The notes below the pieces were generated by a model. The model searched no databases. It was not told the DNA's origin and saw nothing but the letters and a program-made list of their open reading frames with translations. Source: Akkermansia muciniphila (lineage in GTDB: Bacteria; Verrucomicrobiota; Kiritimatiellia; RFP12; JAAYNR01). From it: 64,000 bases of DNA. How positions within the stretch are numbered: the first letter of the stretch is position 1; each line of letters begins with the position of its first letter. This document shows, one piece after another, positions 9,854 through 20,686 of the stretch. Location: assembly GCA_945870025.1 (NCBI GenBank), contig CAMBQN010000002.1, positions 6,994 through 70,993 of the forward strand, read 5' to 3'. A program made the position numbers and the translations under genes.

Positions 9854-10634
9854 TCGCGCCATCACCTACCTGCGCATCTCGGTCACGGATCGATGCAATT
9901 TACGCTGCACCTACTGCATGCCGGATGAGGGCATCACGCTCAAACGCCATGCCGATATTCTCTCTTTTGAAGAGATTGAAGCCTTGACTCGGGTGGCTGT
10001 GGAACTCGGCATCACCAAAGTCCGCATCACCGGCGGAGAACCCCTCGTCCGCACGGGCATCATCGACCTGGTGCAACGACTGGCCGGGATTCAGGGAATC
10101 GTTGATCTTGCCCTCACCACCAACGGCACGCTGCTGCCGCGCTTTGCGGACTCCTTGCGCGACGCCGGTCTCCATCGCATCAACATCAGCCTCGACTGCG
10201 TGGACCCTCAGCGCTTTGCCGCCATCACCCGCGGAGGCTCCGTCGCGGATGTGCTAAGAGGCATTGAGGCCGCCCGGGACGCCGGGTTCCAAAAGGTCAA
10301 GCTCAACTGCGTCATCGCGTCGTCACCCGACGAACCTGATGCTCAGGCCGTGGCTGCCTATGGCGCGGCACGAGGCCTGGAGGTGCGCTTCATCCGGCGC
10401 ATGAACACCGGCGCGGGCGAGTTCTGGCGCGTCATCGGAGGCGACGGCGGTCACTGCGAACGGTGCAACCGTCTGCGCGTCTCCAGCGACGGGCTTGTCT
10501 TTCCCTGTCTTTTCAGCGATATTAGTTACGGCGTGCGTGAACTGGGAGCCCGGCAGGCCCTTCTGGCAGCCGTGGCGAACAAGCCCGCCGCCGGTTGCCA
10601 CAGTGATAACCGCTTTTACGCTTTGGGAGGATGA
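9837..10634 (+). CDS. moaA: GTP 3',8-cyclase MoaA (short form)
   Basis: YLRISVTDRCNLRCTYCMP, TGGEP, CERCNRLR...PCLF, C-terminal GG. Confidence 0.9.
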   Translation: MFDAFNRAITYLRISVTDRCNLRCTYCMPDEGITLKRHADILSFEEIEALTRVAVELGITKVRITGGEPLVRTGIIDLVQRLAGIQGIVDLALTTNGTLLPRFADSLRDAGLHRINISLDCVDPQRFAAITRGGSVADVLRGIEAARDAGFQKVKLNCVIASSPDEPDAQAVAAYGAARGLEVRFIRRMNTGAGEFWRVIGGDGGHCERCNRLRVSSDGLVFPCLFSDISYGVRELGARQALLAAVANKPAAGCHSDNRFYALGG

Positions 10635-11089
10635 GTGCCATGAGTTTGAGTCATCTCGATGAACACGGCCGGCCGCGCATGGTGGACGTCGGCGGCAAGG
10701 CCGTCAGCCGTCGGACCGCGCGCGCCACGGGCTTTATCCAATTACAACACGCCACGATCGACTTGATTGCTTCCTGCCGAATCCAGAAAGGCAATGTGCT
10801 GGTCACGGCCGAGTTGGCGGGCGTCCAAGCCGCCAAGCAAACGGCGGCGCTCATTCCACTGTGCCACACCCTGATGCTCACTCAGGTGCAGGTCGCAGCC
10901 ACCCTCGAAGATGCGGGCGTGCGCGTCGTCAGCGAGGTGAGGTGTACCGGACAAACCGGTGTGGAGATGGAGGCGCTCACCGCCGTCAGCGTGGCGTTGC
11001 TGACGATCTACGACATGTGCAAGGCCGTTGACACGACCATGACGCTCGGCGAAATCAGGCTGGTCAAGAAAACCAAGGAACGCGTATGA
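10631..11089 (+). CDS. moaC: Cyclic pyranopterin monophosphate synthase MoaC
   Basis: MVDVGGK, LIPLCH, TGVEMEAL, YDMCKAVD. Confidence 0.95.
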   Translation: MSAMSLSHLDEHGRPRMVDVGGKAVSRRTARATGFIQLQHATIDLIASCRIQKGNVLVTAELAGVQAAKQTAALIPLCHTLMLTQVQVAATLEDAGVRVVSEVRCTGQTGVEMEALTAVSVALLTIYDMCKAVDTTMTLGEIRLVKKTKERV

Positions 11090-12018
11090 GCGCAACCATC
11101 GTGTCCATCAATATCTCCGTCGAAAAGGGAACGACCAAGACGCCCGTTCCCGAGGCCGAAATCACCGCCTGCGGCATGGTCGGCGATGCGCATGCCGGCG
11201 CGTGGCATCGCCAGATCAGCCTGTTATCCCAGGAATGCGTGGCCTTCTTTGGCAGGCAGTCTGGGACGGTCTACCGCGCCGGTGATTTTGCCGAGAATCT
11301 CACGACCGAGGGGGTGGACTTGAGTCAGGTCGCGATTCGCGATACGTTCACCAGTGGCGACGTCGAGCTGGAGGTCACCCAAATCGGCAAGGCGTGCCAC
11401 GGTGGCGGGTGCGCGATTTTCCGTAGCGTCGGCGCGTGCGTCATGCCGAAAGAGGGAATCTTCTGCCGCGTGCTTCACGGCGGTCGTCTCAGACCCGGCG
11501 ATGCGATTACGCACCACCCACGCCCCCTCCGGGTGCGGGTCATCACCGTCAGTGATCGCGCCAGTCGCGGTGTGTATGAGGACCGCAGCGGGCCTGCGGT
11601 CGAAGCGGCTGTCGCCGCGCACTTTGTCGGCATGCGTTGGCATCTGGAGATCTCGCGGAGCTTGGTTCCCGATGAGGCCGAGCCGTTGCGCAACCGGCTG
11701 GCCGAAGCCATTGCAGGCGGCGTGGACCTCATCATCACCACGGGCGGAACCGGGATCGGTCCGCGCGACATCACCCCCGACGTGGTCACGCCCCTACTGA
11801 ACAAGGAACTGCCGGGGATCATGGACTTTGTCCGGATGAAACACGGGGAGCGTCTTCCGTCTGCGCTACTCAGCCGGTCTCTCGCTGGAGTCGCCGGGCA
11901 ATCACTGATCTATACCCTGCCCGGCAGCGTCAAGGCTGTGGCGGAGTATCTCGCCGTCATTCTGCCAACGGTTGAACACAGTCTGCTGATGCTAAGCGGG
12001 ATTGACGCACATGGTTAA
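11086..12018 (+). CDS. mogA: MOSC domain - MogA/MoaB molybdopterin adenylyltransferase fusion
   Basis: MOSC part GDAHAG.WHRQISLL, GDFAENLT, TQIGKACH...C.MPKEGIF. MogA part TVSDRA, DRSG, TTGGTGIGPRDITPD, LPGS. Confidence 0.9.
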   Translation: MSATIVSINISVEKGTTKTPVPEAEITACGMVGDAHAGAWHRQISLLSQECVAFFGRQSGTVYRAGDFAENLTTEGVDLSQVAIRDTFTSGDVELEVTQIGKACHGGGCAIFRSVGACVMPKEGIFCRVLHGGRLRPGDAITHHPRPLRVRVITVSDRASRGVYEDRSGPAVEAAVAAHFVGMRWHLEISRSLVPDEAEPLRNRLAEAIAGGVDLIITTGGTGIGPRDITPDVVTPLLNKELPGIMDFVRMKHGERLPSALLSRSLAGVAGQSLIYTLPGSVKAVAEYLAVILPTVEHSLLMLSGIDAHG

Positions 12019-12282
12019 CGCATCGAAGTGGCGATCCTCTGCACGCCCGAGCAGTCTGTGCCGAACCTGCTGGAGCAGCTCCGCAGCACCGGCGTCATCC
12101 GCGGCGTGCTCAATTTCACCCCCACGCCGCTGCGCAGCGACGAGCAGTTCTGCGTGCAGAACATCGATATTCGCATGGAATTGGAAAAGCTCTTCTGCCT
12201 GATTCACTTTGACAAGCACAGGCGCGGCACGAATGACGTTCACAAGAAGTGCTGCGCACTGAAGACGGCGGAAGTAACCTAA
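12019..12282 (+). pseudogene. rex: C-terminal fragment of redox-sensing repressor Rex
   Basis: RIEVAILCTPEQSVPNLLEQLRSTGVIRGVLNFTPTPL...VQNIDIRMELEKLF resembles the Rex C-terminus (GILNFAP motif). The wHTH and GxGxxG regions are absent. Confidence 0.7.
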
Positions 12283-12321
12283 AATACAAGGCATCCTGCA
12301 ACCACTCGTGGGTCCGTTTTC

Positions 12322-13341
12322 TCAAGGGCCAACAGGATCCGATAGGTCGGCTGGCGATGCTATTTCCGCGCACCAGCGATTCATGGCCAGGCACATCGTA
12401 CGCGTGAGCGTTACGGCTGTAGGTGACGGGGGGCGGCAGGAGAGGATCAGGAGCCTGCCCTGCACACAGAGGTCGAAGTAATGACCATGCGGTTTGAAGT
12501 AGCGGTCGAAGCCGTCCGGCTTCAATAGGATGACCGACCCGCCAGCATCCAGTGCGCTCCGCGCGGTCTCCTTCTCTCCCGGTGAGATAAACGGCGAGAC
12601 GAGCACGCCGCCCGATCTCACCCACTCGACAGTGTCTCGGCGCAACGCATCGAGCGCGTCCGCCGCCAGGCTTCTGGACACCTGCAGCGCGTGGAGTTCC
12701 GGCTTGTCGAGGAGGAAGAGGTTGCCGTATCCGCTCCAGGTCTGGTCAGGCGGCAGGCGGGAGTGGCGGAGGTCGTTGGCGCGAGTGAAGAGATTGGGAT
12801 GGGCTTTTTTGAGGCAATAGCGCCTGGGATTGTCCTTCATGTAGCGGATATAGGCATCAAGCGCGCCGCGACGCCAGACGGCAAGATCGTGATATCCCGG
12901 AGTCCAGATGCTTAGGTCGGGATTGCCGTAGCGCTTGCGCAACGCGGATGTGACCTGCGACTTGAAGGCGCGGAGCGGCACGCCGACAGGCTGCTCCAGT
13001 TGCTCTTTTACGCGCACCAGACCGTGAAGGTGGTCGGGCATGATGACAAGCGTAGAGGTGTCGATCCGCGGGTAGTCTTTGGCGATGCGGTGCCAGAGGT
13101 CGTATACGAGCCAACCGTCGTCGTTCAGAGTGGATCGATCATTTTCGCAAGTGGCAAAGAGGGGCTTGCGGTCAAGCGCCGTCATCGTGATCATGTAGAA
13201 GGCCGGGATGCGGTAATCCCGGCCGGGGAAGCGGATGCCTTGCAGCCGGTGAACCGGCTGGGCAGGACGCGATGGCGTATGGCCGCCTCTTTCAGGATGC
13301 GACGGCGTATTGCCGCCTGTGTTTACACAGGGCGTCATCAT
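12322..13341 (-). mobile_element. RAYT/Y1-type HUH tyrosine transposase with extra C-terminal (DprA/SLOG-like) domain
   Basis: YMITM, IMPDHLHGLV (HUH), FKS, WTPGYHD, YMKDNP. C-terminal GNLFLL...VSPFISPGEK...GRLLILS. The true start is uncertain. Confidence 0.8.
13264..13318. repeat. Two imperfect ~25-bp direct repeats (REP-like) at the transposase 5' end
   Basis: AGGACGCGATGGCGTATGGCCGCCT and AGGATGCGACGGCGTATTGCCGCCT. Confidence 0.55.
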
Positions 13342-13674
13342 CCCGCCTCCACCATCGTGATCTCTTCCGGCGTGAGCCCATAGAGGCGGTAGATGAGGAC
13401 GTTGAGGGCGGACTCGCGGTCGACGAGCGTCTGATCGAGGGCGGTGATTTCGGCGTCGAGGGCGAGAAGGCGGTCACGTAGCGGCGCGTCGGCGGTTGTG
13501 CGAAGATCAAGCAACAGCCGCTGGAGGCGTTTGGCGTCGAAGGCCTCGGTGACCCGCTGGTCACGCAAGGCGTGCCAGCAGGGCTCCGGCCTCCGGGCTG
13601 TCGCGAAAGGCGAGGAATTCAGCCTCCCATTGGGCGCGCAGAAACGGTTCGTCAAAAAGCGACAAGGTGGGCAT
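13338..13674 (-). pseudogene. Internally deleted type IIG restriction-modification (N6-methylase) gene
   Basis: N-terminus MPTLSLFDEPFLRAQWEAEFLAFRDSPEAGALLARL is joined out of frame to a typical type IIG C-terminus ...DAEITALDQTLVDRESALNVLIYRLYGLTPEEITMVE. Confidence 0.6.
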
Positions 13675-13878
13675 GGCATTCTTTTCCGGAACGGTCCGCC
13701 GCGTGTCTCGGCGGGAGGTGTCGGTCAGCTTTCGATGCGGTCGGCCCCTGACGGCCCTGAGGCATGATGCCAAATCGCATAGGGGGGTGTCAATCGCGGT
13801 GATGCGCGGATCCGATGATTTGCCGCGATAATTGCGAATTGCACGAAGCAGTGAGAATCCGTTAAACTATCCGCCGTT

Positions 13879-14241
13879 ATGAGCAGTTCACGCGAAATCG
13901 AATGTACGGCGTGCGGACAGACCGCGTTGGCGCGGATCGAGCCGCTTTACGAGGGTTTTAAGCGGGTCGGCGAGGAGGTGGTCTGCACGGCGTGCGGCCA
14001 CCGCTATGCCGACGCCGCGCCGTTTGCCGCAGCAGCCGGGCGGCCGCAGGTCTTCACGGCGGCGGACAAGCCGTGCCCGCTGAATATCTTTGCCGACGAT
14101 GAGCGCCGCAAAAGCTGCGGCTGGTGCGCGCATTTTGTGGTTAACCCGTTCAACCAGCGGTGCGGGATTACCAATCGCGAGACCCAAGCGACCGATTTGT
14201 GCATGCGTTTTGAATCCCAACCCGCCGCTGACGCGGAATAG
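13879..14241 (+). CDS. Small Cys-rich putative metal-binding protein
   Basis: CTAC...CTAC...CGWC...C...C; stop 8 nt before carB; promoter-like TTGCAC-N18-TAAACT upstream. Confidence 0.7.
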   Translation: MSSSREIECTACGQTALARIEPLYEGFKRVGEEVVCTACGHRYADAAPFAAAAGRPQVFTAADKPCPLNIFADDERRKSCGWCAHFVVNPFNQRCGITNRETQATDLCMRFESQPAADAE

Positions 14242-14249
14242 ATATCTCT

Positions 14250-17200
14250 ATGCCAAAAAGAACAGACCTTCACAAGGTGATGCTGATCGGATCGGGTCCC
14301 ATCGTGATTGGGCAGGCTTGCGAGTTTGACTATTCGGGGGTTCAAGCCTGCAAGTCCCTTCGCGAGGAGGGATACGAGGTGGTGCTGGTGAACAGCAACC
14401 CGGCCACGATCATGACCGACCCCGAATTCGCCGACCGCACCTATATCGAGCCTTTGAGCGCCGACTTCCTCTCGGCCGTGATTCGGCGCGAACGGCCTGA
14501 CGCGCTCCTGCCGACCGTGGGCGGCCAGACCGCGCTGAATCTGGCGATGGAACTGGACAAGGCCGGCGTTCTTGAAAAATACGGCGTCGAAATGATCGGC
14601 GCCACCGCGGAGGTGATCGAACGGGCCGAAGACCGCTCGCTGTTCAAGCAGGCCATGCTGAAGATCGGCCTGGACATGCCCCGCAGCGGATCGGCGCGCA
14701 CGATCGACGAGGCGCGCAAGGTCCGTGACACGCTCGGGTATCCGCTGGTCATCCGCCCGGGCTTCACCCTGGGCGGCGCGGGCGGCGGCATCGCCCGTGA
14801 CGAGGCCGCGTTCGAGCGGATTGTTCAGCAGGGCCTGTTTCTCAGTCCGACCCACGAAGTGCTGGTCGAGGAATCGATTGAGGGATGGAAGGAATTTGAG
14901 CTGGAGGTCATGCGGGACCGGAAGGACAACTGCGTCATCGTCTGCTCGATCGAGAACCTCGATCCGATGGGCGTGCACACGGGCGATTCGATCACCGTGG
15001 CCCCGGCCCAGACGCTGACCGACCGCGAATACCAGAACATGCGCGACGCGGCGCTGGCGGTGATGCGGGTGATCGGCGTGGAGACGGGCGGGTCGAACGT
15101 CCAGTTTGCGCTGAACCCGGCCAACGGACGAATGGTGGTGATCGAGATGAACCCGCGCGTCTCGCGTTCGAGCGCGCTGGCCTCCAAGGCAACGGGCTTC
15201 CCGATCGCCAAGATCGCGGCCAAACTGGCCGTGGGCTATACGCTGGACGAGCTGCGCAACGACATCACCCGCCAGACGCCCGCCTGCTTTGAACCGTCGA
15301 TCGACTACGTGGTGACCAAGATTCCGCGCTTCGCCTTTGAAAAGTTCCCCAGCGCCGACCCCGTGCTCGGCACGCAAATGAAGTCGGTCGGCGAAACCAT
15401 GAGCATCGGACGCACGTTTAAAGAGAGCCTGCAGAAGGCGCTGCGCTCGCTGGAGACCGGCCGGGCCGGGTTCGGGGCGGACGGCAAGGACGACCCCTTC
15501 GAAGCTCGCGACGACGCTTCGCTGGAGGCCGCTCTGCGCACCCCGCACAGCAACCGGCTGTTCGACATCCGCGCTGCTTTCCGCCGCGGCTGGAGCGTCG
15601 CGCGCATTCACGGCATCTGCAAGGTCGACCCGTGGTTTCTCCGTCATCTCGAGGAGCTGGCCGCCTACGAGGACGAGATCCGTGCGGCTGGCTCACTCGC
15701 GGAACTGGAGCGCGATGCCGCCCGGTTCATGCAGGCCAAGCAGTTCGGTTTCTCCGACCGGCAGATCGCCTGGATCCTGCAGGCGACCGAAGACGCGGTC
15801 CGCGCGGCGCGGCAACGGCTCGGCCTAGTGCCCGCCTATGGGCTGGTCGACACCTGCGCGGCGGAGTTCGCTGCCCTGACGCCGTACTTTTATTCGACCT
15901 ACGGTTCGGGCGGTCTGCCCGAGGCCTCGCCCACCGCCCAATCGGGCGCGCCCCGCCGGAAGATCATGATCATCGGCGGCGGCCCCAACCGCATTGGCCA
16001 GGGGATCGAGTTTGACTATTGCTGCGTCCACGCCTGCTTCGCCCTGCGCGACGCCGGGTATGAAACCGTCATGGTGAACAGCAACCCCGAAACCGTCAGT
16101 ACCGACTACGACACCAGCGACATGCTCTATTTCGAGCCGCTGACGCTCGAGGACGTGCTGCACGTCTACCGCCACGAGGGGTGCGCGGGCGCGATCGTGC
16201 AGTTCGGGGGTCAGACGCCGCTGAACCTCGCGCGGGCGCTCGAAGCCAATGGCGTGACGATCATCGGCACCAGCCCGTACAGCATCGATCAGGCCGAAGA
16301 CCGCAAGCAGTTTCAGGAACTGGCCGCGCGACTGGGGTTGCGCCAGCCGGAAAACGGGCTGGCGACCGGCGCCGACGAGGCCGAGGCGGTGGCGGCGCGC
16401 GTCGGCTTCCCGGTGCTGATGCGGCCGAGCTTCGTGCTGGGCGGCCGGGCGATGGTGATCGTCTTTGACCGCGAGACGCTCCGGACGTACATGCGCGAGG
16501 CGGTCGAGGTGTCGGAAGATCGCCCCGTGCTGATTGACCGGTTTCTGGCCAATGCGTGCGAGGTGGACGTCGACTGCATCTCCGACGGCGAGACGCACGT
16601 GATCGGCGCGATCATGGAGCACGTCGAGCTGGCGGGCATTCACTCCGGCGACAGCGCGTGCATCATTCCGGCGCCGAATCTGAGCAAGTCGGTCAAGGCG
16701 GTCATCCGCAAACAGACGTTCGCTTTGGCCGAGGCGCTGAAGGTCAAGGGGCTGATGAACATCCAGTTCGCCGTCCAGGGGGAGGACGTGTATATCCTCG
16801 AAGTCAACCCGCGGGCGTCGCGAACCGTCCCCTTCGTCAGCAAGACGACGGGCGTGCCGCTGGCCAAGCTGGCGGCGCTGGTGATGGTGGGCGAGAAGCT
16901 GGTCGACCTGGGCTTCACCCAGGAATTCATCCCGCAACATTACGCAGTTAAAGAGGCGGTGTTCCCCTTCACCCGCTTCCCCGGGATCGACGTGGTGCTC
17001 TCGCCGGAGATGAAGTCGACGGGCGAGGTGATGGGCATTGACGGCAACTGCGGGCTGGCCTATCTGAAAAGCCAGATTGCTGCGGGCAACCGCCTGCCCA
17101 AGGGAGGCGGCGTCTTCCTGAGCGTTCGAGACGAGGACAAGGGCGATGCGGTCGAGCTGGCTCGCAAGCTCAAGCAGCTCGGCTTTACGCTCTACGCGAC

Positions 17201-17561
17201 GCTCGGGACCAGCACCGCGCTGTGGAAGGCGGGCATCCGAGACCGGGCGGTCTTCCGCATCTCGAGCGGCCACCCGAATGCCATCGACTTGATTGAAAGC
17301 GATGAGATCAACTGGATCATCAGCACCCCCACGGTGGGCACGGAACCGGCGTGGGACGAGGTGAAGATGCGCGCCCATGCGGTGACGCGCAACATACCGA
17401 TCACGACCACGATCAACGGCCTGCGCTGGTCGATCATGGGGCTGAAGTCGTATCAGACGGCGCACGGACATGTCAAGGTGCGCTCCATTCAAGAATACCA
17501 TGAGCGGTCGCCGCCGGTGCGGCTGCCCACGCGCGTCTCCGGGAAAGGCTTACAGGCATGA
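14250..17561 (+). CDS. carB: Carbamoyl-phosphate synthase large subunit
   Basis: [23 protein letters not shown], duplicated ATP-grasp, [15 protein letters not shown]. Confidence 0.98.
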   Translation: MPKRTDLHKVMLIGSGPIVIGQACEFDYSGVQACKSLREEGYEVVLVNSNPATIMTDPEFADRTYIEPLSADFLSAVIRRERPDALLPTVGGQTALNLAMELDKAGVLEKYGVEMIGATAEVIERAEDRSLFKQAMLKIGLDMPRSGSARTIDEARKVRDTLGYPLVIRPGFTLGGAGGGIARDEAAFERIVQQGLFLSPTHEVLVEESIEGWKEFELEVMRDRKDNCVIVCSIENLDPMGVHTGDSITVAPAQTLTDREYQNMRDAALAVMRVIGVETGGSNVQFALNPANGRMVVIEMNPRVSRSSALASKATGFPIAKIAAKLAVGYTLDELRNDITRQTPACFEPSIDYVVTKIPRFAFEKFPSADPVLGTQMKSVGETMSIGRTFKESLQKALRSLETGRAGFGADGKDDPFEARDDASLEAALRTPHSNRLFDIRAAFRRGWSVARIHGICKVDPWFLRHLEELAAYEDEIRAAGSLAELERDAARFMQAKQFGFSDRQIAWILQATEDAVRAARQRLGLVPAYGLVDTCAAEFAALTPYFYSTYGSGGLPEASPTAQSGAPRRKIMIIGGGPNRIGQGIEFDYCCVHACFALRDAGYETVMVNSNPETVSTDYDTSDMLYFEPLTLEDVLHVYRHEGCAGAIVQFGGQTPLNLARALEANGVTIIGTSPYSIDQAEDRKQFQELAARLGLRQPENGLATGADEAEAVAARVGFPVLMRPSFVLGGRAMVIVFDRETLRTYMREAVEVSEDRPVLIDRFLANACEVDVDCISDGETHVIGAIMEHVELAGIHSGDSACIIPAPNLSKSVKAVIRKQTFALAEALKVKGLMNIQFAVQGEDVYILEVNPRASRTVPFVSKTTGVPLAKLAALVMVGEKLVDLGFTQEFIPQHYAVKEAVFPFTRFPGIDVVLSPEMKSTGEVMGIDGNCGLAYLKSQIAAGNRLPKGGGVFLSVRDEDKGDAVELARKLKQLGFTLYATLGTSTALWKAGIRDRAVFRISSGHPNAIDLIESDEINWIISTPTVGTEPAWDEVKMRAHAVTRNIPITTTINGLRWSIMGLKSYQTAHGHVKVRSIQEYHERSPPVRLPTRVSGKGLQA

Positions 17562-18727
17562 CCACATTTCATTGGGCGGAGCAGCGGAAAAAGCCGGCCT
17601 ATCTGGCGTTGGAAGACGGCACGATCTTTCGCGGCTGGTCGGTTGGCGCCGCGGTTGACCGCGTCGGCGAGGTGGTGTTCAACACCGGCCTGACGGGCTA
17701 TCAGGAGATCATCAGCGACCCTTCGTATGCGGGGCAGTTCGTGACGTTCACCTGTCCTGAGATCGGCAATGTCGGCATGAACGCGGCCGACCGGGAGTCG
17801 TTGTCGATTCACGCCAGTGGACTGGTGATGCATGCCTGCAACGCGGCGAGCAACTGGCGGAGCGAATCGGAACTCGGACGGGCGCTGAAGGACGCGGGCG
17901 TGCCGGCGCTCGCGGGGATCGACACGCGGCGGCTGACGCGGCTCCTGCGCGACCAGGGGACGATGAAGGGCTTTATGTGCGTGACGGGCGCCGCGGACGA
18001 GGCGGACGGCGTCGCGCAAGCCCGCGCGTGGCAGGGCCTCGACGGCCAGGACTACGCAGCGCGGGTCTCGTGTGCCCAACCCTACGCCTGGGACGCCGAT
18101 GGCCGCGAAACCTGTTCGTGGGGAATGGCCGCCCGCCTGCCGCCCGCCGACCTAAAGATCGTGGCGTATGATTTCGGCATCAAGTGGAACATCCTGCGCG
18201 GCTTGCGGCGGCAGGGGATGCAGGTGACGGTCGTGCCGGCCAAGACCACCGCAGCCGCGGTGCTGGCGATGAAACCGGATGGCGTCCTGCTGTCCAACGG
18301 ACCAGCCGATCCTGCGGCACTGCCATACGCGGTGGCGGCCATCCGCGAGCTGCTGGGAAAGGTGCCGATGATGGGCATCTGCCTGGGGCACCAACTGCTC
18401 GGACTGGCGTTGGGTGGACGGACGTACCGCCTGAAATTCGGCCACCACGGCTGCAACCATCCGGTGATGGATCTGGCGGCGGGAACCGTGGCGATCACCT
18501 CGCAGAATCACAACTTTGCGGTCGCCGCCGAGACGATCGACACCGCCCGTGTCGACGTGACCCACATCAACCTCAACGACCAGACGGTCGAGGGGATTCG
18601 ATGCAAGGCCTTCCCCGCCTTCTCGGTGCAGTATCATCCCGAGGCGTGCCCCGGCCCGCACGATGCGGCGCCGCTGTTCCAGCAGTTCAGGACATCCATA
18701 ACTGTCTCTGGGTGCGCGGCTCGCTGA
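17558..18727 (+). CDS. carA: Carbamoyl-phosphate synthase small subunit
   Basis: [33 protein letters not shown]; ATGA overlap with carB. Confidence 0.97.
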   Translation: MTTFHWAEQRKKPAYLALEDGTIFRGWSVGAAVDRVGEVVFNTGLTGYQEIISDPSYAGQFVTFTCPEIGNVGMNAADRESLSIHASGLVMHACNAASNWRSESELGRALKDAGVPALAGIDTRRLTRLLRDQGTMKGFMCVTGAADEADGVAQARAWQGLDGQDYAARVSCAQPYAWDADGRETCSWGMAARLPPADLKIVAYDFGIKWNILRGLRRQGMQVTVVPAKTTAAAVLAMKPDGVLLSNGPADPAALPYAVAAIRELLGKVPMMGICLGHQLLGLALGGRTYRLKFGHHGCNHPVMDLAAGTVAITSQNHNFAVAAETIDTARVDVTHINLNDQTVEGIRCKAFPAFSVQYHPEACPGPHDAAPLFQQFRTSITVSGCAAR

Positions 18728-18829
18728 CTCATGGGCTGCGGCGCGGTCGATTTCGTTTGCCGGCCCCCATCGCGTGCCTGCCTAACATCGAGTAGACAAC
18801 TCGTTCGCTCTTGTCCTACGCTCTTCGTC

Positions 18830-18858
18830 TTGCTTTCCGTCCATCCGATGCGTATAGT
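18830..18858 (+). promoter_or_regulatory. Sigma70-like promoter for the glycan cluster
   Basis: TTGCTT-N17-TATAGT, followed by the palindrome GCGTTTGAAACGC (possible operator). Confidence 0.55.
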
Positions 18859-18951
18859 GTTTGGCGTTTGAAACGCTGCCCGCCCGTGTGCCTACGACTG
18901 CTAGTCTCAGCCGGCGCTGGGTCGACCCCGTGGCGTGATGAGGAAACTGAA

Positions 18952-20625
18952 ATGACCACAGCCGCATCTTGTACAGAAAACACCCACACCGGCAACTCCG
19001 GTGATCAGGGCGATGGGACCTTTCGCAACCCGGTGCTCGCTTTTGATTACAGCGATCCCTGCCCCATCCGCGTCGGCCAGGACTACTACCTGGCGAGTTC
19101 CACTTTCCAGATGTCGCCCGGCGTGCCGATTCTGCATTCGCGGGATCTGGTGAACTGGACGACCATCGGCGCAGCCATCCCCGACATCTCCGTGCTGGCG
19201 CCGGAATTCAACTGGGACCGCATGGACCGCTATGGCGGCGGCGTCTTTGCCCCCAGCCTACGCTACCACGACGGCAAGTTCTGGGTCTTCGTGAACTGTT
19301 ACACCGGCGAAGGTTTCTACGTCTGCACAGCCACGAACCCGGCTGGCCCGTGGCAGGTGCGGCAGATCAAGGACAAGAACGGCAAGCCGCTGCGCACCAC
19401 GGCCTGGACTGATCCATGTCCGTTCTGGGACGACGACGGCAAGGCGTACCTGATCAGCAGCCACGTCGGCAGCCAGTGGTTCGGGTATCTGTTCGAGATG
19501 GCCCCGGACGGCTCGCAACTGTTCGATGCGGATGTGGATCACATGAACGACGGTGATGGCCCCCATGTCTACCCGCGCGGCGGCACGATGGTCTCGCCCT
19601 TCCAATCCACCGAGGGGAACAAGATCCTCAAGCGCAACGGCTACTACTACCTCGTGCATATCGAGTTCCTCGACTCCGGACAGGGGCGTGGAACCTATGT
19701 CTTCCGGTCCAAGCACATCTACGGCGTCAAACCCGATGGGACGCCGGGCAAACCCGGCGATCCGGGCAAATACGAAGTCTTCAAGTTCGGACCGGTCAGC
19801 GCCGAGGCCTACGCGCAGAATCGGGAACTCCCCGGGCAGGGCGGTTTTGTGGACACCCCGGACGGCCGCTGGTTCTGGATCGGCCAGTTCAATTACCACT
19901 CTGCGGACGGTCGGCTGCCAGAATTGGTGCCGGTGACCTGGATTGACGACTGGCCTGTCCCCGGTGTGGACATTCAGGATGGCCACGGCCGCATGGCCTG
20001 GCACTTACCCAACCCCATCGCGGGATCTCCGGCCAGCACGCCACAGGGGAGCGATGATTTCAAGAAGCCGGTACTCGATCCGCGCTGGCACTGGAACCAC
20101 CAGCCGCGTGCGGATAAGTGGTCGTTGACCGAGCGTCCGGGCTTCCTCCGGATGCATGCCTTCCCGCAACTCGAACCGGGGAAATTCTTTAAGACCCGCA
20201 ACGTGATTTGTCAGCGCCACACCCGTCGTGTCCTGACTCAGGTAACGATCAAGCTCGATCTGGTCGGCATGACCGACGGACAGGAGGCCGGGCTGGTACA
20301 CTTCGGCCCCGGCAACACCTCGGCATCCATTGCCGTGCGCAAGACTGGCACCACGCTGGCCATGCGTTTCAACAAGGCCGCTACGCCCACTGATGGCCCC
20401 GCGCTGCCCGCGGGCACAACCGCCCTCTGGCTGCGCTCAGCCGCGGGCTTTGACGACCAATGCGTCTTCTCCTTTAGCACGGACGGCCAGACGTTCTCCC
20501 CGCTGGGCGAAGCCTATACCCTTGTTGGCGGCGGGTGGCGCGGCGATATCGTTGGCATCTACACCTTCAACAATCAGGCCGAACGCGGCTATATTGATGT
20601 CGATCGGTTCGAATACCAGTTCTGA
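18952..20625 (+). CDS. GH43 beta-xylosidase/arabinofuranosidase with C-terminal ConA-like domain
   Basis: NPVLAFDYSDP, HSRDLVNW, FAPSLRYH, DPCPFWDDDG, EG, QGG, W.WN; RBS GAGG before ATG 18952. Confidence 0.9.
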   Translation: MTTAASCTENTHTGNSGDQGDGTFRNPVLAFDYSDPCPIRVGQDYYLASSTFQMSPGVPILHSRDLVNWTTIGAAIPDISVLAPEFNWDRMDRYGGGVFAPSLRYHDGKFWVFVNCYTGEGFYVCTATNPAGPWQVRQIKDKNGKPLRTTAWTDPCPFWDDDGKAYLISSHVGSQWFGYLFEMAPDGSQLFDADVDHMNDGDGPHVYPRGGTMVSPFQSTEGNKILKRNGYYYLVHIEFLDSGQGRGTYVFRSKHIYGVKPDGTPGKPGDPGKYEVFKFGPVSAEAYAQNRELPGQGGFVDTPDGRWFWIGQFNYHSADGRLPELVPVTWIDDWPVPGVDIQDGHGRMAWHLPNPIAGSPASTPQGSDDFKKPVLDPRWHWNHQPRADKWSLTERPGFLRMHAFPQLEPGKFFKTRNVICQRHTRRVLTQVTIKLDLVGMTDGQEAGLVHFGPGNTSASIAVRKTGTTLAMRFNKAATPTDGPALPAGTTALWLRSAAGFDDQCVFSFSTDGQTFSPLGEAYTLVGGGWRGDIVGIYTFNNQAERGYIDVDRFEYQF

Positions 20626-20686
20626 GCGGGAGCCGGACGAATCGATTTCGAATGTCTTTTTGTGAATCAAGAGAGGATCAGCGAGT

